A stretch of 50,393 nucleotides of DNA, taken from assembly GCA_945788685.1 (NCBI GenBank), contig CALZMZ010000009.1:1-50393 (forward strand), in the 5' to 3' direction. The notes beneath the pieces are model-generated. The model did not search any database, had not been told where the DNA came from, and saw only the letters and a list, made by a program, of their open reading frames with translations. A program made the translations under genes and the position numbers. Positions 36,804 through 48,106 of this stretch are shown here, piece after piece. The stretch is from Thermodesulfovibrionia bacterium (GTDB lineage Bacteria > Nitrospirota > Thermodesulfovibrionia > UBA6902). Each line of letters starts with the position of its first letter. Position 1 is the first letter of the stretch.

Positions 36804-37973
36804 TTATTTTGTATTGTTCCCATTAATATGACACCTGATGCAGAGCATCATCATTTCATCTGCTGCCAGAAATTTATCAAATTCGGATGAGTGAGGGTTA
36901 TGACAGCTGACACATGTAAATTGACGGTCATGATTGACCGGATCTTCCGGGCCGGATACAGGATGTCCCATGATCGGATGATTGTTTCCCAGTTTCTCAA
37001 TTTTCGGATGGCATATATAACATGTACTGATAATATCCCTGGGTAGAAAAACCCGGGAATTACTGCCATGTGGATCATGACAGCCCGTACATCCATCCTT
37101 AATTAGTGGTTTGTGCACTTTGTTTTTCTCCATCATCTCCTGCAGATCATGGCAATTGATACACATGGTGGAGACTTCCATTAGCAGAAGATTCTTATCA
37201 TTAGATCCATGCGGGTCATGGCACATGATACATCCCTGCATCGCCACAGGTCCATGAACATATTTATATTGATCGTGTTCCTGTTTTTTATCTTTATGGC
37301 AATCGTAGCATAACGGAGCAACTGCCATTCCTTCCATGATAACAAATTTGATCGGGCCGTTAATTGAATAGTCGGTCTCCACAGCTTCAGCCTGATGGCA
37401 GTTCAGGCATTCCCAGTTAACTCCGGCTGCCTTATGTTGAAATTCAATGCCTGAAAACTTCTGTTTATGGCATGGAAAACAGATGCTTTCTGCAGGTGAG
37501 ACCGGTTGTTTATCATTTTCCTGTACCTCCAGGCGGTGACAGGCAAGACAGGGCTCTTCATTTCTTTCAGTATGAAAGGTATTAAATTCATATTCTTCAG
37601 GTACGAGTTCCTCTTCGAACGTCGATGCATAAAACAGATCTTCCTTAAAAAGGAGATGGTCTCCGTCTACAACACTCACCAGGCTGCTAACCCCATATTC
37701 AAGAGGTATGCGGACATGGACCGATTCAGTATATTCATTCAGGATGAGTTTATCAGATGCCACAGGCTTATTGTTGATCGTTATGATGAGGTTTTCAATA
37801 GGTCCGGCTATTGTCCCTATCCAGGTAATGTGAGACTCAGAAGACCAGATTTTCCGTATTTCCCGGTGTTCAGCATTTGCTGTAGAATCAGACATGAAAA
37901 ATATTATTACGGTGAAAACAATAAGAAGCACCTTCACCATCATACGTACAGACCTTTCAGAGTGTTTATTCAT
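36804..37973 (-). CDS. Decaheme c-type cytochrome (doubled CXXCH, DmsE/cytochrome c3-like)
   Basis: 10 CXXCH counted, repeated HxPV..GC..CHDPHGS, signal peptide. Confidence 0.92.
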   Translation of the reverse strand: MNKHSERSVRMMVKVLLIVFTVIIFFMSDSTANAEHREIRKIWSSESHITWIGTIAGPIENLIITINNKPVASDKLILNEYTESVHVRIPLEYGVSSLVSVVDGDHLLFKEDLFYASTFEEELVPEEYEFNTFHTERNEEPCLACHRLEVQENDKQPVSPAESICFPCHKQKFSGIEFQHKAAGVNWECLNCHQAEAVETDYSINGPIKFVIMEGMAVAPLCYDCHKDKKQEHDQYKYVHGPVAMQGCIMCHDPHGSNDKNLLLMEVSTMCINCHDLQEMMEKNKVHKPLIKDGCTGCHDPHGSNSRVFLPRDIISTCYICHPKIEKLGNNHPIMGHPVSGPEDPVNHDRQFTCVSCHNPHSSEFDKFLAADEMMMLCIRCHINGNNTK

Positions 37974-38027
37974 GATGTGCAGCGCCTTCTTGTGGCGAGG
38001 TTGGTAATCTTAATGATTTTATATGAT

Positions 38028-39098
38028 TCATTTCCATCTTTGATCATACATGGTCATCAACCTGGTGATGGCCAGTTTATTTAATCTGTTGGCTTTTTTA
38101 TTATCTCCCTTAAGTTCATATATTTCAGCCAGGGCGATGATAACTTCAAGACGCGGGTTCGTAGTGATAAAAGCGTCTTCCAGTTCGTTTAATGCAGTGT
38201 CTATTTTCCCCTGTTTGTAATGGATCAGGCCGGTTCCGGCAATAGCCTCATCTGAATCCGGATTGATTCTTAATGCCTCCATGAACGAAGCTTCAGCCCT
38301 GTCATATTCTTCAGATGTAAGCAGGGCAAAACCCAGCTCCAGGTGGGCACTTATTAAATTGGGCATCAGTGTCACAGCATTGGAAAATTCCCTGGCTGCC
38401 TGCCCTAACATTTTCTTCGACATCATTATCCTGCCGTAATTGATCCTCCTGATGTATTCTTTCTCCTTCTCACTCTTTATTTCGGGCTGTTTCGGTTTGA
38501 GCGACTTGACAAAAGTGTCCCTGTCCCACTCTCCCAGCAGGAGCTTTATATTGCTCTCAATGATTTCCCTGATACGGAAGGTATATGGTATGACTTCATG
38601 GAGTCTGCCGTCTGTATCTGTTATAACAACCAGGGGCATCATAAAGACGCCGTACTGATTATGTATACTTTTATCTCTGTCATTATAGACCTTTATTTTT
38701 ATGGAAGACTTTTCAATATAGGTCTTCACAATATCTGTCTTTATCTTGTCACTGTAAATGCCAAAGATGTCGATCTTTGTCTTATACGTGTCTGCCAGGT
38801 CGGACAGCGTTGAAAGAAGGGCAAGAGAGCGTTTTTTTCGAAAATCAGGTCGTATTGAAAAAAACATGATAACGCCCGGTTTCCCTTTGCCGGGGGTAAA
38901 GGCCTGCGGCGCCGGATCATTTATGGTAGACAGATTAACAGGCGGCAGTTTTTCCCCATGTTTGAAATTGCGAAGAGTGGCAGTTTCTTCAGCACCGGCA
39001 AAATTAATGGTGAATATTACGATAAACAGGGCAGCAATAACAACAAACAGTCCGGCCGTCAATCTGTTCCATACTGTGCCCCCTGTATGTTCCTTCAT
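38028..39098 (-). CDS. Exported thioredoxin-fold (no CXXC) + TPR protein, paralog 1
   Basis: Same length (356 aa) as 35558-36628, with long identical blocks such as FTPGKGKPGVIMFFSIRPDFRKKRSLALLSTLSDLAD. Confidence 0.85.
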   Translation of the reverse strand: MKEHTGGTVWNRLTAGLFVVIAALFIVIFTINFAGAEETATLRNFKHGEKLPPVNLSTINDPAPQAFTPGKGKPGVIMFFSIRPDFRKKRSLALLSTLSDLADTYKTKIDIFGIYSDKIKTDIVKTYIEKSSIKIKVYNDRDKSIHNQYGVFMMPLVVITDTDGRLHEVIPYTFRIREIIESNIKLLLGEWDRDTFVKSLKPKQPEIKSEKEKEYIRRINYGRIMMSKKMLGQAAREFSNAVTLMPNLISAHLELGFALLTSEEYDRAEASFMEALRINPDSDEAIAGTGLIHYKQGKIDTALNELEDAFITTNPRLEVIIALAEIYELKGDNKKANRLNKLAITRLMTMYDQRWK

Positions 39099-39114
39099 TA
39101 TTTCCTCCTGATAA

Positions 39115-40842
39115 TTAATTATTCTTTACCGGACCCAGCCGGTCATATTTTTTTGGTTTATGGCAACCCACCACACAACCTCCGCCTGTATCTGTTTTTG
39201 TATACTTAAGCGAAATAGTGAACCTTTTCTTAAACGGAATTTTCTCCCGAATATGTTTTTCCTGATCAGAGGCATGAATGTTATGGCATGTATTGCAGTT
39301 TCTGCCGTTCTTTTTGCGGTTCACATGGAGAAAATGGAGGTTCTCTCTGCCGTTTCTAAAGCCAGTAAAAGTGGATTTGCTTTTAAGGACGGTTTCCGGA
39401 GCATGACAACTGAAGCAGAGGGAGAAATTCTCAATATTAAATTCGTTGGCATATTTTTTTGAAAATTTGGCTCTCAGAAGGTCATGGTTATCAGAGCCAT
39501 GAGGCAGGTGGCATTGAGCACAGTCGTCAGTGCGGATAGGTCCGTGCTTGTACATGCTGCCGGTTATCAGCTCTTTCATTTTTTGATGGCATGTGTAACA
39601 GATGTCGGATAAAGGAGCTTTAAGCTGTTTTTTGTTGTTTGTCGAATGAGGAGTATGACAGACTGTGCAATCGCCTTTGAGAACAGGATCATGCTGGACC
39701 GTCCCCTCTTCAATCCAGTAAACAACCTCGGGGTCAAGTTTTCTGTGACATTCCAGACATAATTCCTTGATGGGCTTCTCTACTGGTACATAACTGCCAT
39801 TTTCGTCCTTTTCGCTGCGCAGGTGATTGATGGTTTCAGACCCGTGCGGGTCGTGGCAGATTTTACAGTCTTTTGCTACCGGTTCATGGACATGATCATT
39901 CTGAAATTCATCTTTTCTAACGGAGTGACAGTTAAAGCAGAGGTCATTTCCGCTATCTGATAATAACCACTTATTCTCTGATATATGAGGTACGTGACAG
40001 ACAGTACAGTCTCCTGATTCAACCGGTTCATGCAATACCTTGTGGCTGGTAAAGACTTCCCCATGGCACCCTGCACAAAGTCCCGCTATGGTCTCCCTTT
40101 TCAGGTGGTACTCAAGATTTGATTTATGCGGATCGTGGCAGGATGTGCATTCCCCTTTCAACACCGGAAAGTGCACAACTGCCTTCTCTTTGGTCATTTC
40201 CTCAGCCTCGGTATGACATGAAAAACAGAGGGTGGCCCCAAAGTGTTTGAGGAAGTTTTTTTGCTCACTGCCATGCGGATTATGACATTCAACACAGAGA
40301 CCTGCCTGAAACGGACCGTGAAGGAATTTGCCCTCGTCAAATCCGGGATGGCATTCATTTGTGATACAAGTTATTTGCTGGGTTACTTTTTTATACGAAT
40401 ATATATTGTTCTTAGCAGGGTGACAGAGCGCGCAATCTCTGGTTAAATTACTTTCGCTGTGCAGGTAATAAGGGGTAAAATCATCAGGATAGGCAGTTTC
40501 AGAATCTTTATCCGTAACTAATATTTCAATAGTGTCGAATGTACCTGATGCATCTGACAGGCTTATGGTGTTCCTGCCCTTTGTCAGCTTTACTTCGAGT
40601 TGAAAGTAATTGTCAGCAGGAGTTACTTCATGTTTTCTTTTACCTGCACTGTTTTCTACAGTAACAGAATGATTCTGCTTATCATCTGTTTTTCCTATGA
40701 TGCCGATCTCTGAAGCAGTTACAACAGATTTATCGGCAGGGTAGATAAAATATGCTGATTTTGCGTTAACTGTCTGAACATAAACAATACTGATAGCAAA
40801 GACCAGTGTTAAAAAGATAATTAATTGTTTTATTTTAATCAT
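39115..40842 (-). CDS. About 16-heme c-type cytochrome with N-terminal Ig-like domain
   Basis: 14 CXXCH plus CITNECH (CX4CH) and CVVGCH (CX3CH); signal peptide VNA; beta-rich N-domain YPADKSVV..LTKGRNTI. Confidence 0.92.
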   Translation of the reverse strand: MIKIKQLIIFLTLVFAISIVYVQTVNAKSAYFIYPADKSVVTASEIGIIGKTDDKQNHSVTVENSAGKRKHEVTPADNYFQLEVKLTKGRNTISLSDASGTFDTIEILVTDKDSETAYPDDFTPYYLHSESNLTRDCALCHPAKNNIYSYKKVTQQITCITNECHPGFDEGKFLHGPFQAGLCVECHNPHGSEQKNFLKHFGATLCFSCHTEAEEMTKEKAVVHFPVLKGECTSCHDPHKSNLEYHLKRETIAGLCAGCHGEVFTSHKVLHEPVESGDCTVCHVPHISENKWLLSDSGNDLCFNCHSVRKDEFQNDHVHEPVAKDCKICHDPHGSETINHLRSEKDENGSYVPVEKPIKELCLECHRKLDPEVVYWIEEGTVQHDPVLKGDCTVCHTPHSTNNKKQLKAPLSDICYTCHQKMKELITGSMYKHGPIRTDDCAQCHLPHGSDNHDLLRAKFSKKYANEFNIENFSLCFSCHAPETVLKSKSTFTGFRNGRENLHFLHVNRKKNGRNCNTCHNIHASDQEKHIREKIPFKKRFTISLKYTKTDTGGGCVVGCHKPKKYDRLGPVKNN

Positions 40843-40872
40843 GATAATAAGTAATACGTAATGTATATATAT

Positions 40873-40899
40873 ATATCGGCTATTTGCAGAAAATATTGA
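40873..40899 (-). promoter_or_regulatory. Sigma28-like promoter of the cytochrome operon
   Basis: Minus strand TCAA-N15-GCCGATAT, 30 bp upstream of the ATG. Confidence 0.65.
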
Positions 40900-40955
40900 G
40901 AAAGACCGGAAAGAAAAAAGATTATCTGCTAATTGTTTGATAAAAAAGAGAAATT

Positions 40956-41190
40956 AAGGATTTAAGGATTCAAGTGAATGCAAGAATGATACAGAATAAT
41001 TAATAAAATGCGTCAGACATTCCCGTGGTCTGTTAAGCGGGAATTCAGAGTGTATAAATACAGGGCTAGATTCCGGCTAAAGGATTGCCGGAATGACATA
41101 TTTGTTTTGGACACCTGGCAGCTCTTCTGCGGGGTGCTCGATTTTTATCAGTTTACTCGGACCCTTGAATCCTGGAATCCTAGAACCCTT
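40956..41190. repeat. Nested repeats: inverted octamer arrays around a GTCATTCC element (41016-41098) plus its downstream hairpin
   Basis: Left AAGGATTT AAGGATTC AAGTGAA; right GACCCTT GAATCCTG GAATCCTA GAACCCTT; the inner element is highly similar to 20760-20843. Confidence 0.8.
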
Positions 41191-41207
41191 TTTAAACAAT
41201 TTATTGT

Positions 41208-41702
41208 TTAACCGGCAAGCCGTTTTTTCGTCCATTCAATCAGCCCTCCGGCCGAGATGAGTTCCTGCATGAAAGGAGGAATCGGTTTGGCAGTGTATTG
41301 CTCGCCTTTGGTAATATTCTTTATTAGACCATTGTCTGCATCAATTTCAATTTCATCACCTTCGCTTATATTATCAGCTGCATCTTCAGACTCAAATATT
41401 GGCAGACCGATGTTAAATGAATTTCTGTAAAAGATACGGGCAAAGCTTTTTGCAATAACCGCCTGCATGCCAGCAGCCTTGATCGCGATAGGCGCATGTT
41501 CTCTTGAGGAACCGCAGCCGAAATTGGCCCGGGCTATTATCATGTCGCCCTGTTTCACCTTTGAAGGAAAATCCTTATCTGCATCTTCCATGACATGTTT
41601 CGCAAGTTCTGCAGGATCAGACGTATTTAGGTAACGTGCAGGGATAATCGCATCTGTATCTATGTTGTCACCGAATTTCCATACCTTACCTTTGAATATC
41701 AA
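41208..41702 (-). CDS. leuD: 3-isopropylmalate dehydratase small subunit
   Basis: [31 protein letters not shown]. Confidence 0.95.
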   Translation of the reverse strand: MIFKGKVWKFGDNIDTDAIIPARYLNTSDPAELAKHVMEDADKDFPSKVKQGDMIIARANFGCGSSREHAPIAIKAAGMQAVIAKSFARIFYRNSFNIGLPIFESEDAADNISEGDEIEIDADNGLIKNITKGEQYTAKPIPPFMQELISAGGLIEWTKKRLAG

Positions 41703-41722
41703 TTTATATCCTCCGGAAAAAT

Positions 41723-41822
41723 AAGTTAGAAGTAAGAACCAAGAAGTAAGAACTTCTGACTCCTAACTATTTAAATTTCTCACGTTTAATTTCTAACTTC
41801 TCACTTTAAACTTCACACTTCA
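41723..41822. repeat. Inverted heptamer arrays between leuC and leuD
   Basis: AAGTTAG AAGTAAG AACCAAG AAGTAAG, then AACTTCT GACTCCT ... AATTTCT AACTTCT CACTTTA AACTTCA. Confidence 0.75.
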
Positions 41823-43066
41823 TCAGGTAATGCTATTCTGCCCTTTACCGCAGTGGCAGCTGCAACCGCAGGATTGGAGAGATACACTTCACTGCCCGGA
41901 TCTCCCATCCTGCCAACGAAATTTCTGTTAGTCGTGGCTATTGCCTTTTCACCTTTGGCAAGGATACCCATATGGCCGCCAAGGCAGGGTCCGCATGTGG
42001 GCGTTGAAAATACCGCTTCAGCATTTACAAATATCTCTGCCAGACCTTCTTTCATGGCCTGCAAATAAATCTCCTGTGTAGCAGGAATGACTATCATTCT
42101 TGTATTGGGACTGACTTTCTTGCCCTTGATTACTTCAGCAGCTTCACGCATGTCCTCAATCCTGCCGTTTGTGCAGGACCCAACAACAACCTGGTCGATT
42201 GTTACTTCTGCGAGCTCAGATGCCGGTTTTGTATTTGAGGGCAGGTGAGGGCAGGACACTGTCGGCTCAATCCCTGAGCAGTCATATTCCCTGACATCAA
42301 CATATTCAGCATCTTTGTCAGATGTATAAAATGTATATTTTCTTTTTGCCCTCCCTTTAACATACTCTTCAGTAACATCATCAGGCACGATGATCCCGTT
42401 TTTACCGCCTGCCTCAATTGCCATATTGCACATGGTCAATCTGCCTGACATTGGCAGAGAGCTGATGGCTTCACCCTCTATCTCCATGGCCCTGTACAGA
42501 GCTCCGTCAACACCTATATCACCTATGGTGTGGAGGATGAGGTCTTTGCCGCTGACCCATTTATTTAATTTTCCGTAATACACAAACTTCATTGACTCAG
42601 GGACCTTGAACCAGCATTCACCTGTTGCCATTGCCGATGCTACATCAGTTGAACCTACACCGGTTGAAAAGGCCCCGAGAGCACCGTACGTGCATGTATG
42701 ACTGTCAGCGCCAATAACCAGATCACCGGGCAGCACGATACCCTGTTCAGGGAGCAGGGCATGTTCAACTCCCATCCTGCCCACTTCAAAATACAGGCTA
42801 AGATCATGTTCCCTTGAAAATTCCCTCAACATCTTGCACTGTTCAGCTGCCTTGATATCTTTCTGCGGAGCAAAATGGTCAGGAATGAAAGCTATTTTAT
42901 CCTTGTCAAAAACATCCTTAGCGCCGATCTTTTTAAACTCCTTAATCGAGATCGGTGCAGTAATGTCATTGGCAAGAACTACATCCAGTTTTGCATTTAT
43001 AAGCTCTCCGGCTGAGACTCGGTCTTTACCTGAATGCGCAGACAGAATTTTTTCTGTTATGGTCAC
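41813..43066 (-). CDS. leuC: 3-isopropylmalate dehydratase large subunit
   Basis: [30 protein letters not shown]. Confidence 0.95.
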   Translation of the reverse strand: MTITEKILSAHSGKDRVSAGELINAKLDVVLANDITAPISIKEFKKIGAKDVFDKDKIAFIPDHFAPQKDIKAAEQCKMLREFSREHDLSLYFEVGRMGVEHALLPEQGIVLPGDLVIGADSHTCTYGALGAFSTGVGSTDVASAMATGECWFKVPESMKFVYYGKLNKWVSGKDLILHTIGDIGVDGALYRAMEIEGEAISSLPMSGRLTMCNMAIEAGGKNGIIVPDDVTEEYVKGRAKRKYTFYTSDKDAEYVDVREYDCSGIEPTVSCPHLPSNTKPASELAEVTIDQVVVGSCTNGRIEDMREAAEVIKGKKVSPNTRMIVIPATQEIYLQAMKEGLAEIFVNAEAVFSTPTCGPCLGGHMGILAKGEKAIATTNRNFVGRMGDPGSEVYLSNPAVAAATAVKGRIALPDEV

Positions 43067-43120
43067 GTATCCTCCAGCTTACTGATAACTGATTCAATTT
43101 ATTGAGAAATGTGAATAAAA

Positions 43121-43150
43121 ATATTACCTGAAATTATTGGGAATAGTCAA
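43121..43150 (-). promoter_or_regulatory. Sigma70-like promoter for leuCD
   Basis: TTGACT-N18-TAATAT on the minus strand. Confidence 0.5.
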
Positions 43151-43164
43151 ATAATTTACAGACG

Positions 43165-43204
43165 AACAGGGACACATCCCTTGGGATGTGTCCCTGTTTT
43201 TTTT
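43165..43204. terminator. Perfect 16-bp-arm hairpin after leuA
   Basis: AACAGGGACACATCCC-TT-GGGATGTGTCCCTGTT. The stronger T-tract is on the plus strand. Confidence 0.7.
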
Positions 43205-43210
43205 GTTAAA

Positions 43211-44725
43211 TTATGGATGTTTTTTCCCTGCGGCAAGTTTGTTTAACGCATTAATATAAGCCTTCGCAGATGCGGTAATAATGTCCGTGTCAGCACCATG
43301 TCCACTCACTGATCTGTCAGCCTCTTCAAGAGTACACACCACTTCACCCAAAGCGTCTGTTCCTCCGGTAATGGCCTTGACCTCGTATTTCTGAAGCCTG
43401 CTTTTTGTTTCTGAAATTGATGCTATGGCCATAAACACAGCATCAACAGGGCCGTCTCCCTGCATGGTTTTTTCTATGACCTGATCACCAACTTGAAGTT
43501 TGACCGTGCCTTCTGGTTTTTTGCCCATTCCGGCTGAAACAAACATATCAATTAAACTGTAGGTCTCAGGGACCATGGTAAATTCTTCAGATACAATGGC
43601 CTCAAGGTCCTCATCGAATATTTCCTTTTTCTGGTCTGCAACTTTTTTAAACCTTTCAAATGCGCTGTTAATTTCATCATCGGTAAGTTCATATCCAATC
43701 TCTTTCAGTCTTGTCCTGAACGCATGTCTGCCTGAATGTTTTCCCAGTACAAACCGTGTTTTATGAAGACCGATAGTTTCGGGAGTGATGATTTCATACG
43801 TTGTTTTCTCTTTTAACAGCCCGTCCTGATGAATTCCTGATTCATGGGCAAAGGCGTTTGCACCTACTATTGCCTTATTTGGCTGTACACTCATGCCCGT
43901 TATTTTTGTCACAAGTCTGCTGCTGCGCATTATTTCTTCTGTCTTTATATTTGTAACAGCGTTGAATATGTCTTTCCTTGTCTTTATGGCCATAACCACT
44001 TCTTCCATGGAGCAGTTGCCGGCCCGTTCACCTATACCATTAATTGTACATTCAATCTGCCCTGCACCGTTCAGCACGGCAGAAAGTGAATTGGAAGCAG
44101 CAAGCCCCAGATCGTTATGACAATGGACTGCAATCACGGCCTTATCAATATTCTTCACGCGGTCATGAATTTCCTTAATCATTGCCCCGAATTCACTCGG
44201 GATGATATATCCAACAGTGTCCGGAATATTGACTGTCAAAGCTCCTGCTTCAATCACTGCCTCAACCACATCACACAGATACCCAATTTCTGTGCGGGTG
44301 GCATCCATTGGTGAAAATTCAACGTCATCCACAAAGCTCTTTGCCAGCTGCACCATCTCAACAGACTTCTTCAGGGCTGTTTCACGATCTACCTTAAACT
44401 GATATTTCAGGTGTATATCTGAAGTGGAGTGAAAAGTATGTATCCTTTTCCTGGGGGCATCCTTGACCGACTCCCATGCCCTGTTAATGTCCTCTTCCTT
44501 TGCCCTTGCAAGGCTGCAGATCACCGGGCCTTCAACTTCACCTCCAATGGTTTTGATGGCCTCAAAATCGCCGGGAGAAGCTATGGCAAACCCTGCCTCT
44601 ATTATGTCTACCCCGAGACGTGCAAGCTGTTTGGCAACCTGGAGCTTCTCTCCAGTGTTCATCGATGCTCCGGGTGACTGCTCTCCGTCTCTTAAGGTTG
44701 TATCAAATATTCTGATCGTTCTCAT
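43211..44725 (-). CDS. leuA: 2-isopropylmalate synthase
   Basis: [47 protein letters not shown]. Confidence 0.96.
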   Translation of the reverse strand: MRTIRIFDTTLRDGEQSPGASMNTGEKLQVAKQLARLGVDIIEAGFAIASPGDFEAIKTIGGEVEGPVICSLARAKEEDINRAWESVKDAPRKRIHTFHSTSDIHLKYQFKVDRETALKKSVEMVQLAKSFVDDVEFSPMDATRTEIGYLCDVVEAVIEAGALTVNIPDTVGYIIPSEFGAMIKEIHDRVKNIDKAVIAVHCHNDLGLAASNSLSAVLNGAGQIECTINGIGERAGNCSMEEVVMAIKTRKDIFNAVTNIKTEEIMRSSRLVTKITGMSVQPNKAIVGANAFAHESGIHQDGLLKEKTTYEIITPETIGLHKTRFVLGKHSGRHAFRTRLKEIGYELTDDEINSAFERFKKVADQKKEIFDEDLEAIVSEEFTMVPETYSLIDMFVSAGMGKKPEGTVKLQVGDQVIEKTMQGDGPVDAVFMAIASISETKSRLQKYEVKAITGGTDALGEVVCTLEEADRSVSGHGADTDIITASAKAYINALNKLAAGKKHP

Positions 44726-45444
44726 TTCACGGCTTCCTTTTGTTTCCTTTTCTTTCGAAATAAATATGTTCCTTCAATCAGGCCCCATAAAATGTATGAC
44801 AGTGCAAACAGAAATAGTACTATTTCAGGATACATAAATATGAGAACAAAAGCCACTACTATGGCTACAAGCAGCCAGAAGGGTTTTCTTTTTTTGAAAT
44901 CCAGTTCCTTAAGACTATGGAAACGGACTGTGCTCACCATCAGAACTGCCAGTAGAAAAGGCAAGCACAGTACAAATATATTTTTTTCGCCTATGCCTCC
45001 CCATATCTCATGAATAAATAAAACCAGGCAGGCAATGGATGAACCTGCTGCAGGGATGGGCAGGCCTGTAAACGCCTTGCTTTCGGTAGTGCCCATCTGT
45101 ACGTTATACCGTGCAAGTCTCAATGCTCCGCAAATGACAAAAAAGAATGTAGCTCCCCATCCCAGTCTCCCAAAAGGATTTAATGCCCAGCTGTATAAGA
45201 GCACCGAAGGAGCCACTCCAAAGGCTACAAGATCAGAGAGAGAGTCAAGTTCGATACCAAATTTTGTAGTACTGTTGGTCAATCTCGCGACCCATCCGTC
45301 CAGTCCGTCAAATATATTTGCGACCAATATTGCCCAGGCGCTGTGAATATAGTCACCTTTGAATGCAGCAAGGATAGCATAGAACCCGCAGAACATCCCT
45401 CCCAGTGTGAGAGTGTTCGGTAATATGTAAATGCCTTTTCTCAT
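44722..45444 (-). CDS. pssA: CDP-diacylglycerol--serine O-phosphatidyltransferase
   Basis: DGLDGWVAR...[24 protein letters not shown]. Confidence 0.95.
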   Translation of the reverse strand: MRKGIYILPNTLTLGGMFCGFYAILAAFKGDYIHSAWAILVANIFDGLDGWVARLTNSTTKFGIELDSLSDLVAFGVAPSVLLYSWALNPFGRLGWGATFFFVICGALRLARYNVQMGTTESKAFTGLPIPAAGSSIACLVLFIHEIWGGIGEKNIFVLCLPFLLAVLMVSTVRFHSLKELDFKKRKPFWLLVAIVVAFVLIFMYPEIVLFLFALSYILWGLIEGTYLFRKKRKQKEAVK

Positions 45445-45641
45445 TTTTAGCTTTAAGCTTTTAGCAATTAGCTGTAAGCTCCGTGGTTTTTCTTCTGTTG
45501 CTGATAGCTTGCCGCTTACCGCTAATTCGGTAATATGTAAATGCCTTTTCTCATTATTAGCTCTAAGCTAGCAGCAATCAGCTGTAAGCTCTGTATCTTT
45601 TTTTTAGTTGCTAATCGCTTACTGCTTACTGCTTACCGCTA
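45416..45641. repeat. 110-bp-period tandem duplication: pssA 5' end plus an inverted heptamer cassette
   Basis: TTCGGTAATATGTAAATGCCTTTTCTCATT is identical at 45416-45445 and 45526-45555; the adjoining AGCTNTA/GCTTACT arrays are diverged. Confidence 0.9.
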
Positions 45642-46254
45642 TTAAACTTTCTCCCGCTTTTACCTTGTCACCTAATTGTACCTTAACTTCGGTACCTAAC
45701 GGTAGAAAAATATCCACTCTTGAACTGAACTTTATAATTCCGTATCTTTCTCCCTGGTCAAGAGTGTCTCCAGGTTTTACCCTGCATACAGCTCTTCTTG
45801 CAAGCAGACCTGCCACCTGTCTCATCATGACATGGCCATGTTTGCATTCCATGACCATGTTGATATGTTCATTTGCCTTTGACGCCTCTTCTTTAAATGC
45901 AGCCATAAATCTTCCGGGATAATATTGTACGTCTTTAACAGTGCCCTCACAAGGTACCCTGTTGACATGCACATCAAATGCATTCATGAAAATGCTTACC
46001 TCAATCATCTGCTCCTTCAGCAGCTCATCTTCATAGGTTTCTCTTATCTGAATAATTTTTCCATCAGCAGGGGAGTAGAATGAATTGATGTCAGGCATGG
46101 CATGCCTGTCAGGGTCCCTGAAGAAATACAACATGAACAGGGTAAGAACAAGCGCTACAACCGTTACCCAGTTTGCACGGAAGATAAGCGACAGGACTGT
46201 AATAACGGCAAAAAAGATAATGAAGGGATAACCTTCTTTAGCGAACTGAAACAT
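45619..46254 (-). CDS. psd: Phosphatidylserine decarboxylase proenzyme
   Basis: FFRDPDR, SPADG, DVHVNR, KFSSRVD cleavage motif. Start reassigned to MFQFAKEG at 46254. Confidence 0.93.
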   Translation of the reverse strand: MFQFAKEGYPFIIFFAVITVLSLIFRANWVTVVALVLTLFMLYFFRDPDRHAMPDINSFYSPADGKIIQIRETYEDELLKEQMIEVSIFMNAFDVHVNRVPCEGTVKDVQYYPGRFMAAFKEEASKANEHINMVMECKHGHVMMRQVAGLLARRAVCRVKPGDTLDQGERYGIIKFSSRVDIFLPLGTEVKVQLGDKVKAGESLIAVSSKQ

Positions 46255-46262
46255 TATCTGGG

Positions 46263-46357
46263 AGACATAAGAGTAAAGACATAAGAGCAAAGACAAAACA
46301 GAAATTCTTTCCTGTTTTTATTAATATCTTTTATCTTTAATCTTTGTTCTTTTGTCT
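46263..46357. repeat. Inverted heptamer arrays between ilvC and psd
   Basis: AGACATA AGAGTAA AGACATA AGAGCAA AGACAAA ACAGAAA ... TATCTTT TATCTTT AATCTTT GTTCTTT TGTCT. Confidence 0.8.
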
Positions 46358-46366
46358 GATAAATTA

Positions 46367-47392
<1,026 letters not shown>

Positions 47393-47395
47393 TTA

Positions 47396-47530
47396 AATTA
47401 GAAATTCCAGTATTCAATTAACAATATCCAAAAAATACTAACTAAAACACAATAAAACATAGTGCATTTAGCATTTTGGATTTTGTTGTTAGAAATTTAT
47501 TTGGTAATTGGTATTTGTTTATTGCAATTT
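47396..47530. repeat. Inverted heptamer arrays between ilvN and ilvC
   Basis: AATTAGA AATTCCA GTATTCA ATTAACA ATATCCA ... TTGGTAA TTGGTAT TTGTTTA TTGCAAT. Confidence 0.65.
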
Positions 47531-48017
47531 ATTTCTTTTTTAGTCCTTCACGTGCTATTGCAACTTTGCCTGTTCTCACAAATTCCTTTATGCCGTAAGG
47601 TTTGATAATTTCGATAAAAGCGGCTATTTTTTTCTCATCTCCGGTAATTTCAACAGTAAAAGTCTGCGTTCCTGAATCGATAATCCTGCCCCGGAAGATC
47701 TCCGCGATTTTTAGAAATTCAGCCTTGTCAGATTTTCTGGGAGAGACCTTAATAAGCACCAGTTCTCTCTCCACATGGTCGATCTCCATGAAATCAACAA
47801 CCTTGATAATATCTATCAGTTTGTTAAGCTGCTTTGTAATCTGCTCAACGATCCTGTCATCACCAGTTGTTATAATCGTCATAAGAGATACCGCAGGATC
47901 TATGGTCTCACCGACTGAAAGACTTTCAATATTAAACCCTCTGCCGCTGAAAAGCCCTGAAACTCTTGAAAGTACCCCGAATTTGTTTTCTACAAGAACT
48001 GATATTGTATGTTTCAT
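47529..48017 (-). CDS. ilvN: Acetolactate synthase small subunit
   Basis: MKHTISVLVEN..GVLSRV.GLFS.RGFNIESL. Start reassigned to 48017 after GGAGGAG. Confidence 0.95.
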   Translation of the reverse strand: MKHTISVLVENKFGVLSRVSGLFSGRGFNIESLSVGETIDPAVSLMTIITTGDDRIVEQITKQLNKLIDIIKVVDFMEIDHVERELVLIKVSPRKSDKAEFLKIAEIFRGRIIDSGTQTFTVEITGDEKKIAAFIEIIKPYGIKEFVRTGKVAIAREGLKKK

Positions 48018-48023
48018 TGCTCC

Positions 48024-48100
48024 TCCGAGATCTGTTATCCGTAATCCATTATCCGTTATTCTGATAAACAACGGTCAACGGACACCGGTCACGGATGCCG
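48024..48100. repeat. Inverted heptamer arrays between ilvB and ilvN
   Basis: TCCGAGA TCTGTTA TCCGTAA TCCATTA TCCGTTA ... ACAACGG TCAACGG ACACCGG TCACGG. Confidence 0.8.
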
Positions 48101-48106
48101 ACTAAT

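Noticed and set aside
45416-45555. CRISPR-like direct repeat (30 bp twice)
   Set aside because: There are only two copies, the repeat is pssA coding sequence, the spacers are homologous to each other, and there are no cas genes.
44722-46254. psd-pssA embedded in the ilv-leu operon as a novelty
   Set aside because: I recall this arrangement as common in deltaproteobacteria and related lineages.
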